Positions 21,955-32,906 of a stretch of DNA of 32,906 nt are shown one piece after another. This stretch comes from Octopus bimaculoides (taxonomy: Eukaryota): NCBI RefSeq assembly GCF_001194135.2, contig NC_069001.1, positions 19,025,006 through 19,057,911 of the forward strand, read 5' to 3'. The notes below the pieces were generated by a model that was given only the letters and a program-made list of their open reading frames with translations, was not told the DNA's origin and did no database searches. The translations under genes and the position numbers were made by a program. Each line of letters opens with the position of its first letter. Within the stretch, counting starts at the first letter, position 1.

Positions 21955-22468
21955 TTTTTTTTTTTTTTTTTTGCTTTTATTTCCAATATTTTTGCAGTGA
22001 TATATATTTTACAACTTCTCACAGTAAGACATTTTTCCAGAACTTTTCATGGTATTTTTCCCAACACCTTTCATAGTGAGTTTTTATAAGACTTTTTGCA
22101 GTGGATTTCTTCCTTGCCCCAACACTTTCCACAGTAGGTCTTCATTTTATAAAGTATATCACAGTGGGTATCTTCTTTTTCCATTTGTTATTTTCTTGTT
22201 GTACTTTAATATTTGATTAAATTTAGTGTTTCTAAAAGACAAAAGTATACTTGGAGATCAAATACTTAATTTTTAGTGAGATTCTCTCATTAAAGAGCAA
22301 TAATTTTTAAGATAAGTAAAATTTGAGTGAGGCAGTAAAAGTCCTCTTTAGAGGTAACACCTTAAGGAAATACAAACCTGTTGTTTAGGGAGTATCAGGG
22401 ACCAAGCTAAAACTTTTTAGGGAGTATTATCAAGTAATATGATAAATATTCTTATTACTCTTATTCAT

Positions 22469-22602
22469 TTTCTGAGTTCAAATCCTGCCAAGATCAGCTT
22501 TGCCTTTCATCCTTCCAGGGTTGATGAAATAAAGTACCAGTCAAATACTGAGGTTTGTATAAAACTGATAACAACTCTCCAAAACTTGTGGCTCTGTGCC
22601 TC

Positions 22603-22633
<31 letters not shown>

Positions 22634-22640
22634 TATTATT
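22469..22640 (+). mobile_element. tRNA-derived SINE (5'-truncated) with (ATT)n tail
   Basis: B-box GTTCAAATCC at 22476-22485; central CTTTGCCTTTCATCCTTCCAGGGTTGATGAAATAAAGTACCAG block; ATT tail. Confidence 0.85.
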
Positions 22641-22804
22641 GCTGTTGTTAATAATGAATCTTTCTTTAATGTTCTCAGCCATGACTTGCCAAGAGCAATA
22701 TTTAATTAAGAGGGACACAACTCAGAACATAATTATTAATTACTCCAAACTATTTAAATTGCATCAACAACGAGGTAACAAACCGCATGGTTGCTTGACT
22801 TGCT

Positions 22805-22945
22805 GCTAAAAATAGCTGTCAAATCCCCCTCAGACCACCTGCTTAGAGAAGGGGAACACATTCAGTAATAAATTCCTGGGTGGGGCATACTATGCCTAGC
22901 AAAAAGACAGGATGGTCATAGCTGAAATACCTGAGACTTACTGAA
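22805..22945 (+). repeat. Dispersed repeat related to 16826-17020
   Basis: TGCTAAAAATAGC..CAAATCCCCCTCA..AAAAAGACAGGATGGTCATAGCTG. Confidence 0.55.
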
Positions 22946-22990
22946 TCAGAACTAAACAATAGTAACATAGAATAAGACATTTAGTAATGA

Positions 22991-23024
<34 letters not shown>

Positions 23025-23028
23025 TTAT

Positions 23029-23076
<48 letters not shown>

Positions 23077-23078
<2 letters not shown>

Positions 23079-23519
23079 GAATCAAGACAGCTTGATTCAA
23101 ATTTGTTGCTACTCCAAGTTTCAAGCATGATGCTAATCTTCAACCGTTTTAAATTTGAATGAGAGAAGTTGATTGTTATTACCTTAAGGTGGGCTGTGAT
23201 TGGTCGAGGAAGGTCATGGTTTGATGTTGGTATATCAAGAACAACACTTGGAAAATATTGCATGGTGAACAGGAAATAGACCACATGGACAGGAAAACAG
23301 CCGCTTTCCTGTTCACCATGCGATATTTTCCAAGTAAGTGTTGTCACTGATATACCAACATCAAACTGCAACACCATGTGACCTTCCTCAACTAATTGCA
23401 GCCCACCTTATGGTAATAACAATAAACTTCTCTCATTCAAATTCAAAATGGCTGAAGATTAGCATCATGCTTGAAACTCGGAGTACCAATGAATTTGAAT
23501 CAAACTATTTTGGTCCATA
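23077..23519. mobile_element. ~440-bp near-perfect palindrome (foldback MITE)
   Basis: Arms 23092-23276 and 23305-23503 are reverse complements at roughly 85-90% identity by eye, with a 28-nt loop; weaker match extends to 23077/23519. Confidence 0.9.
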
Positions 23520-23574
23520 CATGCAACCCCCAATAAATTTATTGAGCGCTCTACTTTCGTTTGTCCACTCACTC

Positions 23575-23637
23575 GTGTATATATATATGTATGTGTGTGT
23601 TTGTGTGTATATATATATATACATACATATTTATGTG

Positions 23638-23669
<32 letters not shown>

Positions 23670-23705
23670 CACATGCATATGTGCATATATGTATGTATAT
23701 ATATG

Positions 23706-23747
<42 letters not shown>

Positions 23748-23748
23748 G

Positions 23749-23780
<32 letters not shown>

Positions 23781-23881
23781 TCAGCCTCAGCTGTGAACTT
23801 GGAACCTAATGGATGACCAATTATAGCACTTATGCAGTGTAGCTATTGGTTTAGGTCATCAGTGAACTAAACCCTGCATAT

Positions 23882-23938
<57 letters not shown>

Positions 23939-23995
23939 CATACATACAGAGAGAGAGCAAGGTATGTGTGTGTGTGTATGTATATAGATAGATAA
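23575..23995. repeat. Compound (TA)n/(TG)n/(CA)n/(CT)n microsatellites
   Basis: Directly visible; similar tract at 22990-23078. Confidence 0.95.
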
Positions 23996-25320
23996 ATAAA
24001 TGTTGTCTTGTTCTCTCCCCCACCACCCACTGAATTTTAAGCTAACTTTTTTACTAAGCTATTTCCAATATGTCCATTTATGCTTAGTATTAAAGTTGGG
24101 ACTTATCACTTTATTATTATTATTATTATTAATGAATGATGCAGAGAAATGGAAAAGAGCTTGGGTAAGCTTAATTTTCTTTTTTTTTAATCATTTTTTT
24201 AATGCTCTTTTTAATTTTTTCCATTGTTTCCCCTCGAAAAACAAGGAAAAAGAAAGAAACCAAAGCATTTTTCTCATAGAGAATTAATTTTAAAAAAATT
24301 CCATTGAAAGAAAATCCTCCAATCGTGTCTATATCAAGAAATGTATTGATAATGTATTGATGATGTATAAGAGATTCACTCAAAGAAAAAAGTTGAACCA
24401 ATTCTTATTAGCAAATAAAATCAATTAAAAAGCCAAAAGAAATTCTGAAGTAGCTTTCTATAATCATTTGAGTTTGTTCACCATTTTTGTATTGGTGACA
24501 TTATGTGTTTTCCTCTTGGGATGTTATTTGTTAACTGCATTGGTTGTTTCCCTCATCTCTTGTGATATATTAGTCATATGTCTGTTTTCCTCCAACACTA
24601 TTGTTAACTGTATTGGCTGTTTCCACCCACTGTCATGTATCAGTAAATAATAAGTATTGCATATTGTACCACTGTAACTCTCAGCCTTCTATATAAAGCC
24701 AACAGAAATACATTTAAAAAAAACTGTCAAGAATGACAATGGTGCAGGCAGTTTTGGAACGTATCCCGACAACGCTGTCACAAATGATGCAGGAATAACC
24801 AGCAACATTACTAATTCAGAATGTGCAACTTCTGCTTCCAAGAGAAACTCCACATCATGCATGACACTGTTCTCATTCTAAACAAAAGTTTTGAACTCAT
24901 TTCAAACCTACTACCATGCACCAAAGTTCTTCTGAGTCAATTCAAAATATAACCAACTTTTTTACCTAATAAAATGAATGGAAACCGCCACAAATATGAC
25001 CAACTACATTATTAACTCTAAAGTAAAACCACCTTGTTACTACCTTTCAAAAAACACAAACTAATGAAATGGTGTCCAACGCCTTTAAATACTCTGCAGT
25101 TCCATTCAAAACACACAAAAAAACTACAATGAATACCCCATGGCACCACTTGAACACTTTGACACTTCTGCTCTAGCAGATCTTAGAGGTGTTTTGGACT
25201 CGGAATATAAAGAACTGGAATAAATACTTCATTTCATTCAAGTATTTAGAGATTCTGAATGCTGCCTTATATGAGGTATATACAACGTCTGACGTATGTA
25301 TGTGTGTGTGTGTATTTGTA

Positions 25321-26383
25321 CAAGATGTAAGGAGTATGTGAGGACACATAATTATCAGTATATTACTCTCTACGAACCAGTTAAAAAGATTTTGTTTCTT
25401 TGAGATCTCCCATGGCAGATAAAATGCTAACACAAAAAATGAAGAGATTTGCAATCAACGTTGCTGTATGGGTGGAACACAGTGACTTGTACACTGCCAA
25501 CTTTGTAAAATATTACAAGTACTTTTGTACACAAAATCTCTGGTGGGAAGGTTTCAACTGTATCCAAAAGACAAAAAGATGTCATAATTGTTTAGACACT
25601 ATAAGGACACCACAGGTTCAAAATGTTATCTGAAAATCAAAGAGAGCCCTTTTGGTGTTGGAGTGGACTATCAGAACTATGATGCACAAGGATGTTTGAT
25701 ACATGTCATATGTGTTGAAGTGAAGCTAATTTATGCCCGCAAAGACGCAGGAAAACCATTTAAACCATACCAAGCAGTTCATTAGCAAAGTTAAAAGCCT
25801 TCACAAACATGGCATGCTTTGGTTTTTCTCTAATGAAAAAAATTCTATCAGGAGAAATGACAGATGGTTAAATGCAGTTCCTTTTAATGGCTTTAGGAAT
25901 AGTGAGTTATGAAGGTCATATGCCATTTCATCTTTCCATAGGATTCCTGAATATGTTGAGGTATTGGTAACAGCTCTTAAGCTCTGGGTGGAAAGTCAAC
26001 AAGACTCAGCACCTTTTCGCAAATCCCACATAACCCAAGAATGGATGTCAGGTGACCTTTATGATTGTCTGACACCAAACTTGTGCCCTCCAAGCTCACC
26101 AGATTTAAATCTCAAGGACTACTACATTTGGGGCATTGTTGAAAGGGACACTAATCAGCATCCTCACAATAACATAGCTTCATTGAAGGTTGCCATTGTC
26201 CAGGTGATGTATGAAATGAATAAGGGTCATTTAGTACAGGTATGCCAACGATTCTGGCCCTGCATTGAGGCAGTCATCAAAGCTGATCGTGGACTCCTTG
26301 AATAATTTCATAAGAATGTTTATCTAGAACATGTATGCTTTTTTTATTAAATTACCATGCCCTCAAATACCTCTTGCATCCTG
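25321..26383 (+). mobile_element. maT-family (DD37D) transposon, internally deleted
   Basis: TA flanks 25319-20 and 26384-85; TIRs CAAGATGTAAGGAGTATGTGAGG / CAGGATGCAAGAGGTATTTGAGG; N-terminus MADKMLTQKMKRFAI; FFSNEKN; QQDSAP...SPDLNLKDYY with 37 residues between the Ds. Confidence 0.9.
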
Positions 26384-26934
26384 TATATACACAACTTTTT
26401 AAACAGTTGTATAAGTGTTTACATAATATACACAACTATTATATATACATACATTTGAACACATACTTACATGTATACATACATGCACATATGCTCAGAT
26501 ACATATGTGTGTGTGTGTGTGTATACAGAGAGAGAGAAAAAATGAACTGTTGTAAAATGCATGAAATCACATAAAATAGCTATGCAGAAGTTTTTCTGCT
26601 TATATATCATTATACATAATGATATATAAGCAGAAAAACTGGAAAAGCAGGAGAGCAAGCACTCATCATAATTCTTTACAGATACATATAAATATATATA
26701 TCCTGAAAACTCATACTTGAATTTCACAGATAGAAGAGAGAATCCAATAGTTCTTCACAGGGGCTCATCCTGGAAGGTAGGTAAAAATCCTTGGAGTTAC
26801 TATTTGAACTTCACAGATGAGAGAGTGGAAAAATGTGGGTAATCCTTTACAGCTCTGGGCTTTGGTGTTCAGTGAGTGTAATAGAATATATTGTGTATAT
26901 ATATATATATAAAGTAGAATGATGTTAGGAAATA

Positions 26935-27828
26935 TTGGGTCATTCCATAAATAATGCAATTTTTTCAATTGCATGAACTAAAAGTCAGAGAGGGATGGAA
27001 TAAACTACCTGCATCAACTTGCTATAAAAGCAGATAGTGATTTTACCTTGTACTTATTCTTAGTGCAAATTTTGAAGAGTGCAGCTTTATTTTAACAGTT
27101 ATTTTTTCAAAGTTATAACGAAAGTAACAAAGAAACATATTTGGCATATTTTGCTTTATGAGTTCAATAAAGGCAACAACGCAACTAAAAGTGCGAGGAA
27201 TATTAATGCAGTATACGAGGATCGGACAATAAGTATAAGCCAGTGTCAACAGTGGTTCCAGAAATTCTGAGCCGGAAACTACTCCCTAGAAGATCTGTAG
27301 AGTTCAACGATGATGTCCTGCAAACCCTGGTGGGATAAAATCCTATCGTAAGTGTTGAGGAATTAGCAGAGAAGCTTGGATTTGGTTATTTAAGTTAGCA
27401 CACGAAGTAAAACCACCGTCTTTAGTTTCAAGACAATGGGTGTTCTTCCATCAGGATAATGCTCAGCCACATACAGTGAGGATGACATTCCAAAGGCTGG
27501 AATAGTTTGAATGGGAAACGATGCCCCACCCACCATATTGACCGGACATTGCCTCATCTCATTATCAATTATTCCACATTCTTCAAAATCATTTGGATGG
27601 AAAAGATATGAATTCTGTAGACGAGGTCAGAACAGTACTGGAGGAGTATTTTCCATCATGGACAAGTGAATTTTGGAAGTGGGGCTTTGCAAGTCTACCA
27701 GATTAGATGGAAGAGCATTGTAGAAAATGAAGGAGAGTATATTTTAGATTAAAAAAGAACTTTGTTTATCTTAATTTTGAAAAATAAAAGAAGTATTAAA
27801 AAAAAACATTATTTATGGAATGACCTAA
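26935..27828 (+). mobile_element. mariner (DD34D) transposon, internally deleted
   Basis: TA flanks 26933-34 and 27829-30; TIRs TT(G/A)GGTCATTCCATAAATAATG; HILLYEFNKGNNATKSARNINAVY..QWFQKF; QDNAQPH..HPPY*PDIASSHY with 34-residue spacing and the third D mutated to H. Confidence 0.95.
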
Positions 27829-30177
27829 TATATAAATATGAATTTAGAGACTTAGAAACAGCTTGCCAGTGCGAATTCAGCCATAAACTCTGCATTTCAG
27901 ATGCCAGAAAGTGTCAAGTTATCAGGAGAAAATGCACACTCTTTAGGGGCCTTCTTCTTGATGGCTTTACAACACACCAGCCCCACCTCACTGATGAAAG
28001 GCCCCACCTACAGTTTTGACTGACTAGTATTCAACCACAAGTCCATTTCAGGATCATCACCTCTCCAACCAGGTTCTGTCATTCATTTCCAGCCATATTC
28101 AGTGATTGGCCCTCTCAACTGTCACCTAGATCTCCCTCAAGATATAGTTTGCTTGCTGATGTTGGATTCCAATTGATAGCAGCAACCATTTCAGTCTGGT
28201 TCCAATAAAACCCCTACGTCTAACGTCTACAGGAACGTGTACTGCACTTCAGCCAGCATCTATACAATCTTCCAGTTGCATCTCGCAATGTTTGTCTTTC
28301 CTAAACTGTGGAGCAGTGAATTGAAGATGTATTATGTTCCTCACATGGTATTGTCATATCCAGCTCTTTTCTTATTGGTATTGAAAGGAGGCATTCACAT
28401 CCAACAAGATTTGCTACTGTCTCCCATTCTCTGTCCCAGTTCTCATCATTCATAGTTTTCTGTTTTGGATAGCCATCTTGACCTTGATGGATAAACATAA
28501 TAAACCATTTACTGCCATTTTTTGGTTTCTTGTCACCAACGATTGCTTGCATCTGCTTCTTGGCAGCACTATAAAATTCTGAGGACCTCATTGTGTCTGT
28601 ATATGTACCTTTCCAATGCCATAGCATAGTTAGATAGAATATGCTTTAGTGTGCCAACTTTTCCGCATCTATATTTGTTGTCATTTGCTATTTTCCATCT
28701 CATCAAATTGCAAGGGGATGGCAGCACATCATAGATAGCTTGAAGAAGGAAACTCAGCCATGATGTGCTCCTCTTCCAGATCTCATCCTAACCCACCTAC
28801 CTTTCAATAACCTTTTCTTCTCACTTGGTGAGGGCATCAAATCAAAGGCAGTTCCCTTTTTCTCTGTTTTTCTCACTTTAACATAGCCACTAACAGTGAC
28901 TCAGTGTTATCATTGAAAATGGTTTAAATAGATTGCAGCCAATCCCCTTCTGGTCACTTTAAATTGCTCCCACTATATCTCGATGTTCCCATAATATTAT
29001 TATGCCATCAGTTTCTTTCTCTGGAACTATTTTCATACAGTTTTGATATCTGGTGGATTGTCCTGTATTTCTACATCTTTGGAATCCCTCAGCATCATAA
29101 CCATTCCCACCTTTCCGGCTTTGTAGACTTTAACAATTGGTGTTATAGGTAGTTGAAGAGATCCTTTTTTCTGATATATTGTTCAAGGTAGACTAAGCCA
29201 TCTCTTGATGTAAACACTGTGCTTTTGCTCCACTCTCAACAGTGCTAAGAGGCCAAGCAATGCAGGGAAATAGGCCAAACGGCAAGCATCAGATATTGTA
29301 TTTACCTGGCAGTTTTGATCTGTTTATGGTTTTCAACCCATCCTCAGTTTGTGCCATGATCTCAATTCCCCTACTCTTATCCAACAATAAATAAGCATAC
29401 CATCATTCTAAGCTTTCTACATGTTTGTCTTTAACCATTGGCATGATTTCTCCTGCTATTTCAAACTTCACTTGCTTCTGCCAGTCTTTGACAAAAGTCA
29501 GACCGAATTTTTCGCCTTAAATTGCATTCTTGACCAAGTAGTTACTTCATCTAGAACTGTTTGCATAGTCTTTTTAGTCTCTTATCAGTATTGTTATGTA
29601 TTATGCCTTCTTTGGAGATCTCACCATAGCCATTTCTTCTGAGCAGGCTGCTGATCTAAATAACATCTCTATAACAAGCAGAAACCAGATGACCTATAAA
29701 GTGCAACTTGTAGCAATTCTAATTTCTAGATGATTCCAGACTGTTGTGAATTTTTTTGTTGTTAATTGCATTTTGAAGTTGTTATAGTAATTCTTTATCA
29801 GAATCGATAATCTTCTCTAGTATGTAAAAAAAAAAAAAAAGTCCATTGCTTCAATCAATAATTTGTGTGGTACAGAACCATAAGCATTAGCCAGATCCAG
29901 CCATACAATATTCTTCTTCACATCTTGTATCACATCCCAGATTGCATGTTTCACACATCCAGGAATTCTGGGTATTCTAGTTTTCTGGACACTTTCAGCC
30001 ACTGTCTTGTAGCAGTTCTCTAAGCAAGTACACCCATGTAAATTTTGCCATCTACATTCAGGATGGAAATGGGTTAGAACTGGCCAATCAGTTCTGCTTT
30101 AACTTCTTTTGGTAAGTAAACTCCTGCCTTGTACCAGTCATCAACCAGTTCACCTTTACACCACAACTCTCTAAGTA

Positions 30178-31477
30178 TTAGATCATCTAGTATGAAATTT
30201 GTAGAAAAGAAAAAATAGTTTGCTAATGTTTTATAAATACAAGGAATAGTTTTATTCATCAAAGTATGCACCCATATTGTCAATACACTTTTGCCATTTC
30301 AGTGGTAGCCTGGAACTGTAAAAGCTTGGCAATCTAGAGTCAATAAAATCTTGGAAGGCCTGTTTTACAGCATCGTTGGAATTAAATTTTTCCTATCAAA
30401 AAAGTTATCCAAATTCTGGAAGAAGTGGTAGCAGTGGGGACAAGATCAGGTGAGTATGGTGGATGATGGAGAATTTCCAACTCCANNNNNNNNNNNNNNN
30501 NNNNNNNNNNNNNNNNNNNNNNNNNNNNNNNNNNNNNNNNNNNNNNNNNNNNNNNNNNNNNNNNNNNNNNNNNNNNNNNNNNNNNNNNNNNNNNNNNNNN
30601 NNNNNNNNNNNNNNNNNNNNNNNNNNNNNNNNNNNNNNNNNNNNNNNNNNNNNNNNNNNNNNNNNNNNNNNNNNNNNNNNNNNNNNNNNNNNNNNNNNNN
30701 NNNNNNNNNNNNNNNNNNNNNNNNNNNNNNNNNNNNNNNNNNNNNNNNNNNNNNNNNNNNNNNNNNNNNNNNNNNNNNNNNNNNNNNNNNNNNNNNNNNN
30801 NNNNNNNNNNNNNNNNNNNNNNNNNNNNNNNNNNNNNNNNNNNNNNNNNNNNNNNNNNNNNNNNNNNNNNNNNNNNNNNNNNNNNNNNNNNNNNNNNNNN
30901 NNNNNNNNNNNNNNNNNNNNNNNNNNNNNNNNNNNNNNNNNNNNNNNNNNNNNNNNNNNNNNNNNNNNNNNNNNNNNNNNNNNNNNNNNNNNNNNNNNNN
31001 NNNNNNNNNNNNNNNNNNNNNNNNNNNNNNNNNNNNNNNNNNNNNNNNNNNNNNNNNNNNNNNNNNNNNNNNNNNNNNNNNNNNNNNNNNNNNNNNNNNN
31101 NNNNNNNNNNNNNNNNNNNNNNNNNNNNNNNNNNNNNNNNNNNNNNNNNNNNNNNNNNNNNNNNNNNNNNNNCTGTCTATTGTGTAATAACATTTGAATG
31201 AAATACTCCATTAATATTCTGAGCTGTCTGTGATGCTGTATTTCCAAGAAAGAACTCATATTTCAAAACTGTACAAATTTCCGACTTATCCATCTCTAAA
31301 CAAAAATAGAAAAAAGCGATTTATAAATACTTTATAAAGCACAAAATGAGTTAGAATAAAGAAATAGATGTGTCAGCTTTCTAACAAAAAATAAAGATAA
31401 TATAATGATGGTGCAAAATGAGCAGCTGTCAAAATTTACCATATACCTTACTACAAATTTCATACTTGACAACCTAA
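30178..31477 (-). mobile_element. Full-length-sized mariner nested in the HERO RT; centre hidden by gap
   Basis: TA flanks 30176-77 and 31478-79; ~27-bp TIRs TTAG(GTTG/ATCA)TC.AGTATGAAATTTGTAG; ATG at 31293 (MDKSEICTVLKYEF..TASQTAQNIN); HPPYSPDLVP; WQKCIDNMGAYFDE* ending at 30252. Confidence 0.93.
30486..31172. other. Assembly gap
   Basis: Run of N. Confidence 1.
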
Positions 31478-32289
31478 TAGTAAGTAAAGTGTATAATGTA
31501 ATTGAGTACAATATCTGCACACCTTATATGGTACTTCATCACATCCTGGTGCATTCTTTGCTCTTGTCTTCTTCACAAAGTTGTCTACTTCTTTCCTGCT
31601 GATATCATCAAGTTGAAATTTAATTCCAGGTTTTGTGATGTGTTTCAATCTATTTATGAGTGGGAATGGTTGGTCTTGCTTTGAGTCACTTTAGGTCTCC
31701 TGTGTATGCCTATCCAGTTCATCTTTGAGCAAACAGTTTCCTGTTTCTTTAGATCTTCATACAGGACTAACAAACCTTCCTTCTTGGGTTTGACCTGTTT
31801 CCTTTGTTTCCATAAGTCAGTCTCTCTTCTTAACTGTTTCATCTTTCTTTCTCACCTACTTTTGCAGGGGCTAGAATCTAGTTTCTTCTTACCACCCTCA
31901 TTTAAACAAGATAACTTAACATCTATTGTGATAGTTACATTGGGTTGCATGAGACTTCTCTTGAGAGTTCTATATACATATCAGGATACCAAAATCAGCA
32001 ACCCAATGCAACTATCACATTATTCTTCTGCAAAACGTTTAGGCTTTTTACATCTTGCTGCAATTCTTGCACTTCACCTCACTTGATGAAATTTTCATGT
32101 TCGATCTTCATTCAAGCTAGCATTGTCAATAACAGGCTGCTTCACTTCTATAACTCTGGTGTTGGTGTCACACCTAGCCTTGGGACTTGATATGGTCACA
32201 CCATCACTGTTAGGCATCTTTGAAAACTCAGCATGAACCATTGTGCTAGGTCCTGGTTCCCGTGTGTTTAGCCACTATCTGCAGTGGGC

Positions 32290-32625
32290 AACCCTCCTTA
32301 ATCCATGCAGTATTCTTTCAAATATTTTGCCTTGGCTGCAACCTTGTCAAACATGGTTTTGTATATTACATCTTCATCTATTTCAAAGAATGGGTTTACT
32401 GTAACCCTCAATAGTCTTTTCATTAACTTTTCAGCTGGTGATAATTTACAAGGCACTCCAATGGTTGAACAGAATTTTGTTCAAGCAGTTGCCGAAATTC
32501 TCAGTCTTAAGATCAAAATGCTTCAGTGCAGCTTTCACAGACTGTGCAGCCCTTTCAGTGGCGCCATTAGATGCCAGACTGTAAGCAGGTGTCTCAATTT
32601 TTCTGCAAATATTACAGGAAGGTAA
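32290..32625 (-). mobile_element. Gypsy-type LTR retrotransposon integrase fragment
   Basis: TPAYSLASNGATERAAQSVKAAL (integrase catalytic E helix) and SPAEKLMKRLLR. Confidence 0.75.
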
Positions 32626-32906
32626 TGAAATTAATTTCAATGACAATAATATTTTAATATTTTCTTAGAATCTAAATTTAAAGAATTTATAGGAAAGTGG
32701 GTTATACATCATTAAATGTATACCTGACTTTCCTATATAATATTAAGAATATAACGGAACGCTGAACTCCAGACTATCAACTTAAACAACATTTATTCAG
32801 GTGGTTAATATATACATCTTTAGCTCTTGTTTGTTGTTACAGCTTCTGTGTGTGTGAGCATTGTTGTTGGGACGTTGGTATGTAGATGTAAGCGAGCTGT
32901 CGAGCT

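Larger units (their letters stand above)
27860..32190 (-). mobile_element. HERO/NeSL-like non-LTR retrotransposon (RT, zinc knuckle, restriction-like endonuclease), decayed and interrupted by a mariner
   Basis: Minus strand: RKMKQLRRE..KEGLLVLYEDL, KKTRAKNAPG, F*PISILNVDGKI, VQK..IPG, IVWLDLANAYGSVPH, CGKVGTLKHILS..RHNEVL, TIPCEE, PVDVRRRGF. Ends approximate. Confidence 0.85.

Noticed and set aside
22952-23816. Overlapping ORFs rich in Y/I/C/V/H/T
   Set aside because: Translations of TA/TG/CA microsatellites and the palindrome, not genes.
18077-31259. Long ORFs in the track at 17997-18446, 18077-18325, 21191-22022 and 30405-31259
   Set aside because: They are open only because they cross N gaps.

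Overview
AT-rich, microsatellite- and transposon-dense animal DNA with four N gaps. The SINE/RTE tail families look like those of a coleoid cephalopod, most likely Octopus (inference from recognised repeats). The only host gene I can support was missed by the ORF track because its exons are tiny. It is a + strand C1orf21 (DUF4612) homolog: exon 6245-6299 reads ITRSQLEFFRMLDEKIAQ and terminal exon 15618-15650 reads GKDYCSEEET*, matching the human C-terminus as I recall it (ISESQQEFFRMLDEKIEKGRDYCSEEEDIT). A CpG-rich, twin E-box promoter-like patch (20-200), a candidate 36-nt upstream exon (329-364) and a candidate 15-nt microexon (14239-14253) may belong to it. The rest is mostly decayed mobile DNA: two RTE-clade LINEs, five Tc1/mariner-superfamily elements or fragments (Tc1-like, two maT-like, two mariner), a Penelope-like GIY-YIG fragment, a HERO/NeSL-like RLE retrotransposon split by a mariner, a Gypsy integrase scrap and many SINE pieces. 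There are also five long inverted-repeat structures, three of them in the inferred pre-mRNA. No rRNA, tRNA gene or CRISPR array was seen. Coordinates were counted by hand; TE ends without TIRs are approximate.
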